Program-made: the position numbers and the translations under genes
Source: a virus
Lineage: Duplodnaviria; Caudoviricetes
Direction: 5' to 3' (one strand)
DNA length: 53,022 bases
Virus record (IMG/VR): IMGVR_UViG_3300026551_000003
Location: 1-53,022 of that record
Shown: positions 44,512 to 53,022 of the stretch, in pieces
Numbering within the stretch: the first letter of the stretch is position 1
How the letters are laid out: every line of letters begins with the position of its first letter
The notes under the pieces: generated by a model
Database searches by the model: none
The model's input: only the letters and a program-made list of their open reading frames with translations
Told to the model about the DNA's origin: nothing

Positions 44512-44988
44512 ATGGCAAAGGCAGGATACACTATCCAGTCAGGCGCCGCAGTTGCTCTCGTCGCCACGGTAGCCAAGACGGCACTGTTCGTCGTTTCAGG
44601 TGCTCAGTTCGGTCTGGACCTGAAGAAGTTCCGTATCGGTTTCGACGGCGTCACGGCCTCTGCGATCCCGGTCTTCTGGGAGGTGAACTACTCTACAGCG
44701 GCTACCAACTCGACTGCAGGTACAGGTAACACGACAGCGACGATCAACCAGGTCTATGGCAGGGCGATCGCCTCGACGGGCATCTCTGCAGGTTACGCCT
44801 GCACGGCAGAGCCAACGGTCCAGACCGGTATCGACGCCGACCTCCTGACGCCAAACGGAGGTTTGCTGGTCTATGACTTCCCACTCGGCGACGTTCCTGA
44901 CTGCGCTGTGAGTCAGGGCTACTGTATCAGACTCACGGCTCCAGCAGCAGTCAACGTTCGCGTCAGCATGTCCCTTGAGAGGCTGTAA
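44512..44988 (+). CDS. Putative virion protein
   Basis: RBS AAGGAG; beta-sandwich-like composition; in the head region. Confidence 0.6.
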   Translation: MAKAGYTIQSGAAVALVATVAKTALFVVSGAQFGLDLKKFRIGFDGVTASAIPVFWEVNYSTAATNSTAGTGNTTATINQVYGRAIASTGISAGYACTAEPTVQTGIDADLLTPNGGLLVYDFPLGDVPDCAVSQGYCIRLTAPAAVNVRVSMSLERL

Positions 44989-45197
44989 TGGCGATCTTCT
45001 ACAACGAGGACGACATCAACGTCGGCACTCGCAGCCCCCAGACCGCAGGCGACCTCGGCGCAGTCTTGGGCATGACCAGGCCCGAGACCAAGCTGGTGGT
45101 CAACGTCAATGGCAGTCCTGTGACTGTCAATACGGCCGGCATCGTTCTCGACGAGGAAGGCGCACACGCGTCTTTCGAGATCAACTGCACGTCGTAG
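44988..45197 (+). CDS. Small hypothetical protein
   Basis: TAATG coupling. Confidence 0.55.
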   Translation: MAIFYNEDDINVGTRSPQTAGDLGAVLGMTRPETKLVVNVNGSPVTVNTAGIVLDEEGAHASFEINCTS

Positions 45198-45212
45198 TAA
45201 CCGGGAGACGAT

Positions 45213-46790
45213 ATGCCTGTACTTGGTAGGAGTCTGCCAAATCAGGCTATCGTCATCCGCGGCTCTCTAGAGGACTCTGCGGACTTTGATTCTAGATCCC
45301 AGACCGTAGTTGTAACTGCTCAACCCGATCGTAGTTACGGTCGAGGCTTCATCCAGAGTCTGCGTAGCACGCTTCAAGATCCGCCTGTGCTAACGACAGT
45401 TCCACCTGTTGTCGTTACGGGTCCGCTATCTTCTTATTTCAATCCTACTGTAACTACGATCCTGCGAAACACTTTGCAGGATCCTCCTGTTCTCACTACT
45501 CCCCAGCCTCTAGTCGTTGTCGACGGTCGAGGTCTGAACTCCTGGTTCGGTGTTAACACTCCGATCGTTATAGTACCTCAGGCACCCGTTGCTGCTGCTC
45601 CAGCTGCTACTACTCCCCAGCCTGTAGTCATTAATCAGCCGTACGCACAGCAGTGGTTTAATACTAATCCCGTTCAGGTTAGTACCGCTCCGCTTCCTCC
45701 TCAGCCTCCAGCTCAACCTCTCGTTCAAGCGCCTCCGACGCCTAGTCAGTGGTTCAGTTCTAACACACCACAGGTTGTCAGGAGTACGCTTCAAGATCCC
45801 CCAGTACTGACAACGCCTCTTCCAGTTGTCGAAACGTCACAGCCTGCTAGTGCGTACTACAAGACGCAAGGTCCGCAGGTTCTTGCTCCTCCTGCTCAAC
45901 CTGTTGTTGCTCCTACCGCCGCTACTCCCTCTCCTATCGTAGTTGCTGCAGCTGCCGATCTTAGGTGGTTCGCAGTCGAGCCACCTCAGAACTTCCGTAA
46001 CACAACTCAAGATCCACCTGTACTAACGACAGCTAGTCCGATCGTCGTTGCTAGTCCAACACCTCAAGCATTTCTAAAGCCTCAGCTACCAACGATCATC
46101 AGTAGTCCGCAGGCACCTGTAGTCACTCCGACTTTGACTCCCCAGCCTGTGGTTGTTTCGTCTTCTATGTCTGCGCACTTCCAGGTTCGCCAAGCGATTA
46201 TTGTGCTTGGCAGAGGAGTCGTTGTACGTCCGCCGCTACACTTGGGTGGTACTGTAACTGAGACGAACCTGCTCGGTGGTACTGTCGTAAAGACTTCCAT
46301 TGTTCTAGCTGGTACTGTTGTAGATGGGAACGTGCTCGGTGGTACCGTAGTTGATGGTAACGCTCTGGTTGGCACGGTTACTAACACTAAGGCCTTTGGT
46401 GGTACGGCCATTGTCATTGATGTTGCAGATACCTCGTTGGATAGGTGGACAATGATAGAAGTCGATATTACGCTAGCGGAGTTTAACGACGAGACTCTTG
46501 CGCTCACGATCACATCTGGTGGCAACCCCTACAACATTACTGGCTTGACTCTGGAGATGTATCTCAAGCAGTCAGCGGGCGAGCTTGATACCGATCCTAA
46601 CGTAGTCAAGCTGTCTACTGTAACGGGTGAGATCACTATTACCAACGGTGCTGGTGGTCTAGCGTCCGTTGCTATTGCTAGTGCTAACCTAGCAGCGAGC
46701 AAGACGTACGGTTGGTATCGCGTTGATATCATCAACGCAGGTAAGCGGAACACTGCGCTATTCGGAAAGGTAGGCGTTACGCAGTTGTAA
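45213..46790 (+). CDS. Pro/Thr/Val-rich repeat protein with C-terminal Ig-like (BppU-like) domain
   Basis: Four R(S/N)T(L/T)QDPPVLTT repeats, a run of LGGTV-type repeats, then YNITG...GEITITN...G-A-V-I. Confidence 0.7.
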   Translation: MPVLGRSLPNQAIVIRGSLEDSADFDSRSQTVVVTAQPDRSYGRGFIQSLRSTLQDPPVLTTVPPVVVTGPLSSYFNPTVTTILRNTLQDPPVLTTPQPLVVVDGRGLNSWFGVNTPIVIVPQAPVAAAPAATTPQPVVINQPYAQQWFNTNPVQVSTAPLPPQPPAQPLVQAPPTPSQWFSSNTPQVVRSTLQDPPVLTTPLPVVETSQPASAYYKTQGPQVLAPPAQPVVAPTAATPSPIVVAAAADLRWFAVEPPQNFRNTTQDPPVLTTASPIVVASPTPQAFLKPQLPTIISSPQAPVVTPTLTPQPVVVSSSMSAHFQVRQAIIVLGRGVVVRPPLHLGGTVTETNLLGGTVVKTSIVLAGTVVDGNVLGGTVVDGNALVGTVTNTKAFGGTAIVIDVADTSLDRWTMIEVDITLAEFNDETLALTITSGGNPYNITGLTLEMYLKQSAGELDTDPNVVKLSTVTGEITITNGAGGLASVAIASANLAASKTYGWYRVDIINAGKRNTALFGKVGVTQL

Positions 46791-46825
46791 CACAAGGGAA
46801 CAGAAGGCCCTGGTAGCCTCCTTAG

Positions 46826-46858
46826 GTTTCCCGATATAATAGAAAACAGTCGTAGGAG
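46826..46858 (+). promoter_or_regulatory. Promoter plus RBS module, copy 2 (capsid operon)
   Basis: GTTTCCCGATATAATAGAAAACAGTCGTAGGAG. Confidence 0.8.
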
Positions 46859-46863
46859 CCAAA

Positions 46864-47193
46864 GTGTCAGTGTACAACCCTAGTGGGTCGGGAAACGTTC
46901 ACGTCGACCGCATCATGGGAACCGGAGGTAAGCGCGTGGCAGCTAAGGTCGGTAAGGCCAAGGCGCCTGCCAAGAAGGGCATGGGCTTCAAGGCAGCCGC
47001 TGCTAGCGCTGCCAAGTCTGCAGGAGTGTCGCCGAAGGCAGGTGCAGCGATGGTCGCTGCTGCCTCGCAGAAGGCCGGCCCTGGGGCGAAGAAGGCCAAT
47101 CCCAATCTTGCCAAGGTGGCTCGGAAGGGTACCACTAAGGGTGCAGGGGGCAAGTTCGTTAAGAAGGCTGCACCCAAGAAGGGTGGCAAGTAG
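46864..47193 (+). CDS. Lys/Ala-rich histone-like protein with capsid-like N-terminus
   Basis: MSVYNPSGSGNVHVD followed by a K/A/G-rich sequence; own promoter and RBS; TAGTG-coupled to the protease gene. Confidence 0.8.
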   Translation: MSVYNPSGSGNVHVDRIMGTGGKRVAAKVGKAKAPAKKGMGFKAAAASAAKSAGVSPKAGAAMVAAASQKAGPGAKKANPNLAKVARKGTTKGAGGKFVKKAAPKKGGK

Positions 47194-48335
47194 TGAGCAG
47201 ATTCGGCTACTGGGTCGATCTAGGTCACAAGGCGTTTGAGGAGGGTTGGATTCAGGCGCTACCAGTTGGTGACTTTGACCATCCCGTGTACGGCACGCTC
47301 AACTTCACGCCTGAACGCATTCAGAAGTTCGCTGCGAACATCAAGAGCAGAGTTCGTGGCATCGATCCCGATGTGGACTTCGACCATAAGGAGTTCTCGG
47401 GCAAGGCTGCAGGTTGGATCAAGGACGCAGTTGCAAGGCCTGAGGGTCTCTTTGTCAAAGTCGACTGGACTGAGCAGGGCGCGCAGGCAATCAAGGCAGG
47501 CGAGTACAGGTACTTCAGTCCGGAGTTCGACGACGAGTGGACCGACGCAGCAGGCGTGAAGCATACTGACGTTCTGTTTGGTGGTGCGCTTACCAATCGG
47601 CCCTTCCTGAAGGACCTCCTGCCCGTCAACTTGTCGGAGATCATCACAACCAAGAAGGCAAACGAAGGAGGTCAGATGGGGCCTGAGCAGATCAGGGAGT
47701 TGCTCGGTCTCGGGAAGGACGCCACGGACGACCAGGTCAAGGCGAAGATCGAGGAACTGAAGGCTCCGAGTCCGCCGGCGCCTCCCACTCCTCCGACGCC
47801 ACCTGCTCCTCCGACGCCCACTCCGGAACCGGCACTCACAGGTGCCGCCCTCAGCGAGGCTATCACCAAGGCTCTCGCTGGGCACCCGATGCTGAAGGAT
47901 CTCGAAGAGATCAAGCGCAAGATGGGCGAGACTGAGCGCGCGCAGCAGTTCGCTGAGACCAGGCAACGTCTGGAGCGCATCAGCGCGACGTCGAACGGCA
48001 GACAGTACGTTCTCCCGCCAGCGGTCATCGACGCGGTTGCCGAAGGGTCGGCGCTTTCCGACCCTTCAGCGATGGCGAAGAAGTTCGTCGACGCCATCGA
48101 GTCGTTCGGCAAGGTCGGGTTCGTCGAACTCGGTGAGCGCGGCCGGACGCGGAATGGTCAGGAGAAGTCGGCGACGCAGCAGCTGTCGGAGCTCGTGTCA
48201 GCGACGCAAGCACGTCACCTCCAGACGACGGGCAAGGCTCTGTCGAACACCGACGCGATCCAGCAGGTCGTTCGAACCAACCCCGAGCTGTACCTGGCCT
48301 ATCGGCAGGACTCGTACGCAGGGAAGGAGGAGTAA
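47193..48335 (+). CDS. Mu gpI-like prohead protease / scaffold
   Basis: DFDH, AAGWI, WT--G---I---EYRYFSPEF and ALTNRPFL. Confidence 0.92.
   Translation: MSRFGYWVDLGHKAFEEGWIQALPVGDFDHPVYGTLNFTPERIQKFAANIKSRVRGIDPDVDFDHKEFSGKAAGWIKDAVARPEGLFVKVDWTEQGAQAIKAGEYRYFSPEFDDEWTDAAGVKHTDVLFGGALTNRPFLKDLLPVNLSEIITTKKANEGGQMGPEQIRELLGLGKDATDDQVKAKIEELKAPSPPAPPTPPTPPAPPTPTPEPALTGAALSEAITKALAGHPMLKDLEEIKRKMGETERAQQFAETRQRLERISATSNGRQYVLPPAVIDAVAEGSALSDPSAMAKKFVDAIESFGKVGFVELGERGRTRNGQEKSATQQLSELVSATQARHLQTTGKALSNTDAIQQVVRTNPELYLAYRQDSYAGKEE
47676..48335 (+). CDS. Internally initiated scaffolding protein (Mu gpZ-like)
   Basis: AAGGAGG followed by an in-frame ATG at the domain boundary (MGPEQIRELLGL). Confidence 0.65.
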   Translation: MGPEQIRELLGLGKDATDDQVKAKIEELKAPSPPAPPTPPTPPAPPTPTPEPALTGAALSEAITKALAGHPMLKDLEEIKRKMGETERAQQFAETRQRLERISATSNGRQYVLPPAVIDAVAEGSALSDPSAMAKKFVDAIESFGKVGFVELGERGRTRNGQEKSATQQLSELVSATQARHLQTTGKALSNTDAIQQVVRTNPELYLAYRQDSYAGKEE

Positions 48336-48338
48336 CCC

Positions 48339-48848
48339 ATGCCGGGTACGGATCATGTACTCTCCAAGGCCTTCCTTGCGACGGGTGGTTCGGTTGCCTA
48401 TCCGCAGTGGAGCGTCGTTCAGCAGGTTGCAGCTGTCGGAGTCGTTCCTGCAGCTGTAGCGCTCGCGCCGACTTCACTCGGTGTCGCGGCTGCGGCTGCG
48501 CCTCTGGGCGTGAGCGTGGACGCTCTCGACGCTGTCAAGACGGTAACAGGCAAGGCGTTCATCAACATCGCGCTCGACGGGAACGTCAAGTGCATCTGGG
48601 ACGGTACGACCGGTGGTATTACGCCGTGGGCGACCGTTGGTATCGCACCTGCGCTCGGCGCGCTCGTCGTGGCGTCGGCTACGGTCGCTGGCAGGGTGAA
48701 GTTCATTCCCGCTACGGCGCCGTTCCTCGGTTGGGCCGTGATCGGTACGCTGATCGCGCTGCCTGGTAATCCGCTACCGACGTTCGGAGCGAGCGCAGCT
48801 GCTGGTGACTGGTTCGATGTCGCACTCACTCTGGGGGCGAGGGCCTAA
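48339..48848 (+). CDS. Capsid decoration / cement protein
   Basis: Ala/Gly/Val-rich, AAAGDWFDV ending, between scaffold and capsid genes. Confidence 0.7.
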   Translation: MPGTDHVLSKAFLATGGSVAYPQWSVVQQVAAVGVVPAAVALAPTSLGVAAAAAPLGVSVDALDAVKTVTGKAFINIALDGNVKCIWDGTTGGITPWATVGIAPALGALVVASATVAGRVKFIPATAPFLGWAVIGTLIALPGNPLPTFGASAAAGDWFDVALTLGARA

Positions 48849-50002
48849 TGGCTATCTACAACCCAACAGGCTCTGGCAACGTCCACATCGACGTTGTCCT
48901 CACGCAGATCAGCGTCGCGTGGCCGAACGAGGGACTGGTTGGCAACGTCCTCTTCCCGTCGGTTCCTGTTCAGAAGCAGTCGAACAAGTACTACATCTTC
49001 CAAGGTCGCGAGGGTTGGTACCCAGCTCTCGATGACGCCAGGGCGCCTGGTACGGAGGCCAACGAGGTTCCGGGTCTGACCGTCAGCGTCGGCTCGTACT
49101 ACGCTCAGGAGCATGCGCTCCAGATCGCAGTCACCGACGAGGAGCGGGAGAACGCAGACAGCCCGCTGTCGCCTGACGTCGACGGTACGGAGATGCTCGC
49201 GTCCAGGATCGCGCTGGGCAAGGAGTACCGCATCTACAACCTGGTCACGACGGCAGCGAACTTCAACTCCGCTCTTACCGATGCACTCGGAGACGCGGCG
49301 GCTGCTGGTTATGGTCCTCACTGGGACGGTCTGACCAACGCTGGCGCAGCTACGGCGACGGCTCCGACGCCTGTGAAGGACATCAGGACGGCGATGCGTC
49401 AGGTTCACAAGCTGGCGTTTCTTCAGCCTAACCAGGCGATCATTCCCTACAAGGTCATGTCCGCGCTCGAGGACGCGACGGACTTCATCACGCGCATCCA
49501 GTACGTTGAGCGTGCCATTCTGACACCTGATCTCGTCGCGGCCTGTCTCAGCCTGGACAACGTTGTCGTTCCCGGCTTCGGCATCGCAACGAACAACCCC
49601 GGTCAGGTGCTAGCGCTGTCGTACCTCTGGAACGTTGAGGTGCTACTCGCCTACACGCCGCCGCGGCCTGGGCTCAAGGTTCCTGCGTTTGCCTACCAGT
49701 TCACCTGGGGCTTCGCAGGCGGCGGGGCTGGCGGCATGGGTTTTGGCTCCGGTGCGTTCTCAGGCGAAGGTATCGACCCTACGCCCCCGAGCACTCTCAA
49801 CCCGTCTTCGGAGGCTGGTGGCGGTCGTGCGAGCAACCTTGTTGGTGGCATCGTCGATCGCTGGCGGGAAGAGCGTCGCGCGTCCGACATCATTCGGTTC
49901 CGTCAGCGGTACGACCTCGAGCTGATCGGGCTCGACACGAACAACAAGGCCATCTGCGGCTTCCTGTTCACCACCGCTCTGTCCACGGCGTTCACGGGTT
50001 AG
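48848..50002 (+). CDS. Major capsid protein
   Basis: D-VLT-IS-A--N--LVG--LFP-VPV-K...RAPGT; 384 aa; position after scaffold and decoration genes. Confidence 0.92.
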   Translation: MAIYNPTGSGNVHIDVVLTQISVAWPNEGLVGNVLFPSVPVQKQSNKYYIFQGREGWYPALDDARAPGTEANEVPGLTVSVGSYYAQEHALQIAVTDEERENADSPLSPDVDGTEMLASRIALGKEYRIYNLVTTAANFNSALTDALGDAAAAGYGPHWDGLTNAGAATATAPTPVKDIRTAMRQVHKLAFLQPNQAIIPYKVMSALEDATDFITRIQYVERAILTPDLVAACLSLDNVVVPGFGIATNNPGQVLALSYLWNVEVLLAYTPPRPGLKVPAFAYQFTWGFAGGGAGGMGFGSGAFSGEGIDPTPPSTLNPSSEAGGGRASNLVGGIVDRWREERRASDIIRFRQRYDLELIGLDTNNKAICGFLFTTALSTAFTG

Positions 50003-50009
50003 GAGACCC

Positions 50010-50387
50010 ATGCCCAGCTACGTCGCATACACCAACGGTCTCGGTACCGACGAGAGTCCCGTCAATCCTGGGGACGCTGTCAGTCGTACCGACTTCGACT
50101 CGGATTTGTGGGACTATCACATTCAGCACGGGAACATCGTTCGCGCTGGTGGGCCACACGATCCCAACGTGCTCGCCGCTCAGCTCGAGGACGAGATCCC
50201 TGAGGACCCGAAGGACAGGCGCATCGCGGAGCTCGAGGCGTCGCTCGCACTCTTCACCGGTCGCCAACCAACGCCCGCTCCTGCAACGCACCTCAGCGAC
50301 CTCTCCGACGCTGCTGTTGAGGAGTCAGCTAGCTCGGCGAAGCAGGTTAAGTCGACGAGGGCGGCTCCGTCTTCAGCGAGCGCGTAG
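50010..50387 (+). CDS. Hypothetical head-associated protein
   Basis: RBS AGGAG; follows the capsid gene. Confidence 0.6.
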   Translation: MPSYVAYTNGLGTDESPVNPGDAVSRTDFDSDLWDYHIQHGNIVRAGGPHDPNVLAAQLEDEIPEDPKDRRIAELEASLALFTGRQPTPAPATHLSDLSDAAVEESASSAKQVKSTRAAPSSASA

Positions 50388-50405
50388 GGAGAGGAGGGGA
50401 GCTTA

Positions 50406-50888
50406 GTGGTCGCGCACATTACGACGTCAGATGTTCAAACCTGGCTCGAGACCACTAAGCTCACCATCGCTTCGATCGAGGTCAACCTAGAGGCTTCGGT
50501 CTCCTCTGAGGTCATAGGTCGCCTCGCTGAGACATATATTCAGTTTACGCCTCTTTGGATCGACTCGACTAGTACGCCGCAGGTTGTCAAGCAGGTCATT
50601 GCGATGTACTACGCTAGCTGGCTCTTTGACCGTGCGTACTCTGAGGTAGTTACCAACGAGTCGCAAGTCAGCTACGGTGCGACGCTCCGATTGTGGGCAA
50701 CGACACTGCTTGCGGATATTAGTCGCGGTGCTGTTGCCATTGCTGAAATCGCACCTAACCAGCCCGCTATTGCGCCCAAGTTCTATCCGACTGATACAAG
50801 TTCGACTTGGGACGCCTGGAACGCTAACACAGACCTTAACGACAACTCTCTTGGTCCTGCCAAGTTTGGGATGGGCCAGGTGTTTTGA
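50406..50888 (+). CDS. Head-to-tail adaptor
   Basis: Helical TP-VVKQ--AM--AS...A--LL-DI--G pattern and gene position. Confidence 0.7.
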   Translation: MVAHITTSDVQTWLETTKLTIASIEVNLEASVSSEVIGRLAETYIQFTPLWIDSTSTPQVVKQVIAMYYASWLFDRAYSEVVTNESQVSYGATLRLWATTLLADISRGAVAIAEIAPNQPAIAPKFYPTDTSSTWDAWNANTDLNDNSLGPAKFGMGQVF

Positions 50889-50889
50889 G

Positions 50890-51513
50890 ATGCCTCCTGT
50901 CGCGCGGAACGGGCTGAGATTCGACAACATGGTCAATCTCGGCTTCTCGTTCACCCCTTCGTTGGCTATGTCCGCGAAGGCCTTCGACAAGATGGGTATC
51001 GATATCCGTTCCTTCCGGGAGCCGCTGAAGCGCAGCATTCAACAAGTCATCGCTCCTTCGATTGGTCAGAACTTCATTTCGCATGGTCGTCCCGATACTT
51101 GGGTTCCCTATGCGAACAATACCGTCGCGATGAAGGCCAGAGACCCCAAGAACAAGTACGGGCCCCAGGACCTACTCAGGCGCTCTGGGCTTCTGTGGAA
51201 GACAATGCAGCAGTACAACATTTGGACCGTGACGACGACGCAGGCTGCCATTCTCGATCTGCCACCGAAGATTTGGTACGGTGCACTTCATCAAGCAGGC
51301 TACGGTACGAGTGCCTCTGCCGTTCATCCTGCCAAGGGCATGTTCGCTTCGCCTGAGGAGCTAAGGGCAATGGGGGGAGCAGCCAAGGTCTCCATTCCAG
51401 CTCGTCCGTTCGCTATGTTCCAGGTGCAGGACCTTGACAAGATTCAAGAGGTCTTCGGCAAGTGGATTGAGGAGAGAGCTGTCAGAGCAGGGGTGGTAGC
51501 CTCATGGCGCTGA
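50890..51513 (+). CDS. Virion morphogenesis / tail completion protein (Mu gpG-like)
   Basis: NF---GRP--W-P, L-RSG-L, YGALHQ-G and IPARPF; ATG at 50890. Confidence 0.85.
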   Translation: MPPVARNGLRFDNMVNLGFSFTPSLAMSAKAFDKMGIDIRSFREPLKRSIQQVIAPSIGQNFISHGRPDTWVPYANNTVAMKARDPKNKYGPQDLLRRSGLLWKTMQQYNIWTVTTTQAAILDLPPKIWYGALHQAGYGTSASAVHPAKGMFASPEELRAMGGAAKVSIPARPFAMFQVQDLDKIQEVFGKWIEERAVRAGVVASWR

Positions 51514-51938
51514 CAGCGAGTTCTGAAGTTGTTGCTAGCGCTGTCCTCGTAGCCATTCAGGCACAGGCCGTTGCTCAAGGAATTAACGAGACCTTCTACG
51601 GCGATCAGACGCAGATCAACAAGACGCCTGCTGTTTGCGTAACGCCCGGTAACAAGACGCGTGAGTTTCAAGGCGCGTCGTTGATGACACTGAACACGTT
51701 TGAGACCTACGTGTTTGTGTACTACGGCAAGATTCAAGACGTGCAGCAGAACCTTCACGGTGCGCAGACTCTTGCTGATGCCCTCGAGGGCGTAGTGCAG
51801 ACGGACATTACGCTAGGTGGCATTGTCACGGCTACGCTGTGTATACAGAACGAGCCTGGCATGATCAACAAGATGGGTAGCCTGATGATGGGCAACCGTA
51901 TGACGTTCCAGTCCTTTAGTAAGACGAGACTCCCGTAA
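51504..51938 (+). CDS. Tail terminator-like protein
   Basis: PAVCV...D-TLGG-V motif; position before the tail tube gene. Confidence 0.7.
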   Translation: MALTASSEVVASAVLVAIQAQAVAQGINETFYGDQTQINKTPAVCVTPGNKTREFQGASLMTLNTFETYVFVYYGKIQDVQQNLHGAQTLADALEGVVQTDITLGGIVTATLCIQNEPGMINKMGSLMMGNRMTFQSFSKTRLP

Positions 51939-51947
51939 GGAGGACAG

Positions 51948-52283
51948 TTGCCCTACAAAGTGAAGGTTGACCACCCGACCGCGGGAGAGCAGGAGATTTA
52001 CATCCACGGGCTGGGCACGTTCATGAACGGTACCGAGACCGAGGTCGACGACGAGCAGGCTGAGCGCTACCGTGCAATCAACGCTGTGCAGAAGCAGGAG
52101 CACACAGAAGACGGTGGTCTTATCACTGAGGTCGAGTTGGCACCCGAAATCGATCAGCTCGAGATCCCCGGAGTCACGATCACCAAGGTCGGCGGGTCTT
52201 CGCAGGAGACGGTCTCAGCGCCTGTTGAGGAGCCTGAAGCAACTGAGACGGCAACTGACGCACAGCCTGAGGGAGGTATGTAG
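51948..52283 (+). CDS. Acidic hypothetical protein
   Basis: RBS AAGGAGG; TAGTG-coupled to the tail tube gene. Confidence 0.65.
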   Translation: MPYKVKVDHPTAGEQEIYIHGLGTFMNGTETEVDDEQAERYRAINAVQKQEHTEDGGLITEVELAPEIDQLEIPGVTITKVGGSSQETVSAPVEEPEATETATDAQPEGGM

Positions 52284-53022
52284 TGCCTTATGGAATGGGT
52301 GCAGGCGGCCTTGTGGGTGTCGCCTTCGAAACCGTATCTGGGACCTATACGGCTCCGACCAAGTTCGTTCCAATCCTCTCTGAGTCTCTCGAGCTCAAAG
52401 AGACCAACATCTACCGTACGCCGATTCGTCAGTCGGCGGCGCGGATCGGTGTCGTGCCTGGCGACTTTAGCGTTCAGGGCACGATCACGATGGAGGCGCT
52501 CGAGGACACGTGCCTCTACTTCACCGAGTGCAGTCGTGCTACTGGCGTCAAGACCGGTACGACGCCGAACTGGGTCTACACCTACACGCCTAACTCGAAC
52601 GCTGTTCCGAACAAGACGATGTCGATCACAGTAGTTCGGAACGGTGTCATCTTCGGCTACGTCGGCTGTGTCGTTGGCAAGCAGACCTTCTCAGTCAACA
52701 ACAACGTCCTCGAGTACTCCTGTGACATCTTCGGCCTCTCCGACGCTCAGCCGTCGCCTGCTCTGACGCCTGTCTGGCCGACCTCCGTGCCTTACGGTCC
52801 AGGCACCTGGAACATTCAGATCCCGAACCCGACGCAGGTGTTCGACATGGACACCTTCTCGTTCGACATCGACGATGTGGGTGCGGAGCAGTTCCGGCTT
52901 AAGAGTACGCGCGGTGTACAGTTTGCCAGCTTCGGTGAGCGCTCGTGTCAGATGACGACGACGCGCGACTTCCTGACCAACGCCGACTACGTCAACTTCA
53001 TCAGCGTGTTGGGACAGAAGAT
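52283..53022 (+). CDS. Major tail (tube) protein, 5' part; continues across the join to 428 (about 311 aa)
   Basis: GTG at 52283 overlaps the upstream TAG and follows GGGAGG. Reads MPYGMGAGGLVGVAFETVSGTYTAPTKFVPILSESL..., in frame with ORF 48..428. Lies between tail terminator and chaperone genes. Confidence 0.85.
   Translation, partial: MPYGMGAGGLVGVAFETVSGTYTAPTKFVPILSESLELKETNIYRTPIRQSAARIGVVPGDFSVQGTITMEALEDTCLYFTECSRATGVKTGTTPNWVYTYTPNSNAVPNKTMSITVVRNGVIFGYVGCVVGKQTFSVNNNVLEYSCDIFGLSDAQPSPALTPVWPTSVPYGPGTWNIQIPNPTQVFDMDTFSFDIDDVGAEQFRLKSTRGVQFASFGERSCQMTTTRDFLTNADYVNFISVLGQK
52791..53022. repeat. Terminal overlap, copy 2 (circular assembly)
   Basis: Repeats bases 1-232; implies a unit genome of 52,790 bp. 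Confidence 0.97.

Noticed and set aside
50677-50889. N-terminal extension of the 278-aa ORF
   Set aside because: It overlaps the adaptor gene; ATG 50890 just after the adaptor stop is the more plausible start.
1089-52283. Stop-codon reassignment
   Set aside because: Long genes are intact under the standard bacterial code, and TAG, TGA and TAA all serve as stops.
52290-52634. 114-aa ORF in the track
   Set aside because: It is an alternative frame inside the tail tube gene that starts at 52283.

Overview
The window is a complete, circularly assembled tailed-phage genome of about 52,790 bp. Bases 1-232 recur at 52791-53022 with one mismatch, and the tail-tube gene runs across that join. It looks like a siphovirus of an actinobacterial host (inferred from gene content), and no integrase or repressor module is visible. 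The plus-strand arm (about 39998 through the join to 11546) encodes terminase, Mu-like portal, extra virion proteins, protease/scaffold, decoration protein, major capsid, neck and tail genes (tape measure with a lytic transglycosylase domain) and a lysis cassette with a GH25 endolysin. The minus-strand arm (about 39775 down to 11600) encodes many small early genes, three predicted exported proteins, SNF2 helicase, Cas4-like nuclease, Sak4-like ATPase, SSB-like protein, primase-helicase, a 7-deazaguanine cluster (queC, queD, queE, folE, MazG-like genes, divergent dpdA) overlapping a UDG-fused family A DNA polymerase, HNH genes and a RuvC-like resolvase. Four observations stand out. (1) The DpdA, polymerase and NTP-pyrophosphatase layout suggests pre-replicative guanine substitution. 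(2) A histone-like basic protein carries a copy of the major capsid N-terminal arm. (3) A roughly 330-nt intergenic region folds into a multi-stem RNA. (4) Repeated hairpin elements bracket two secreted-protein genes. All calls come from reading motifs by eye; no database searches were run.
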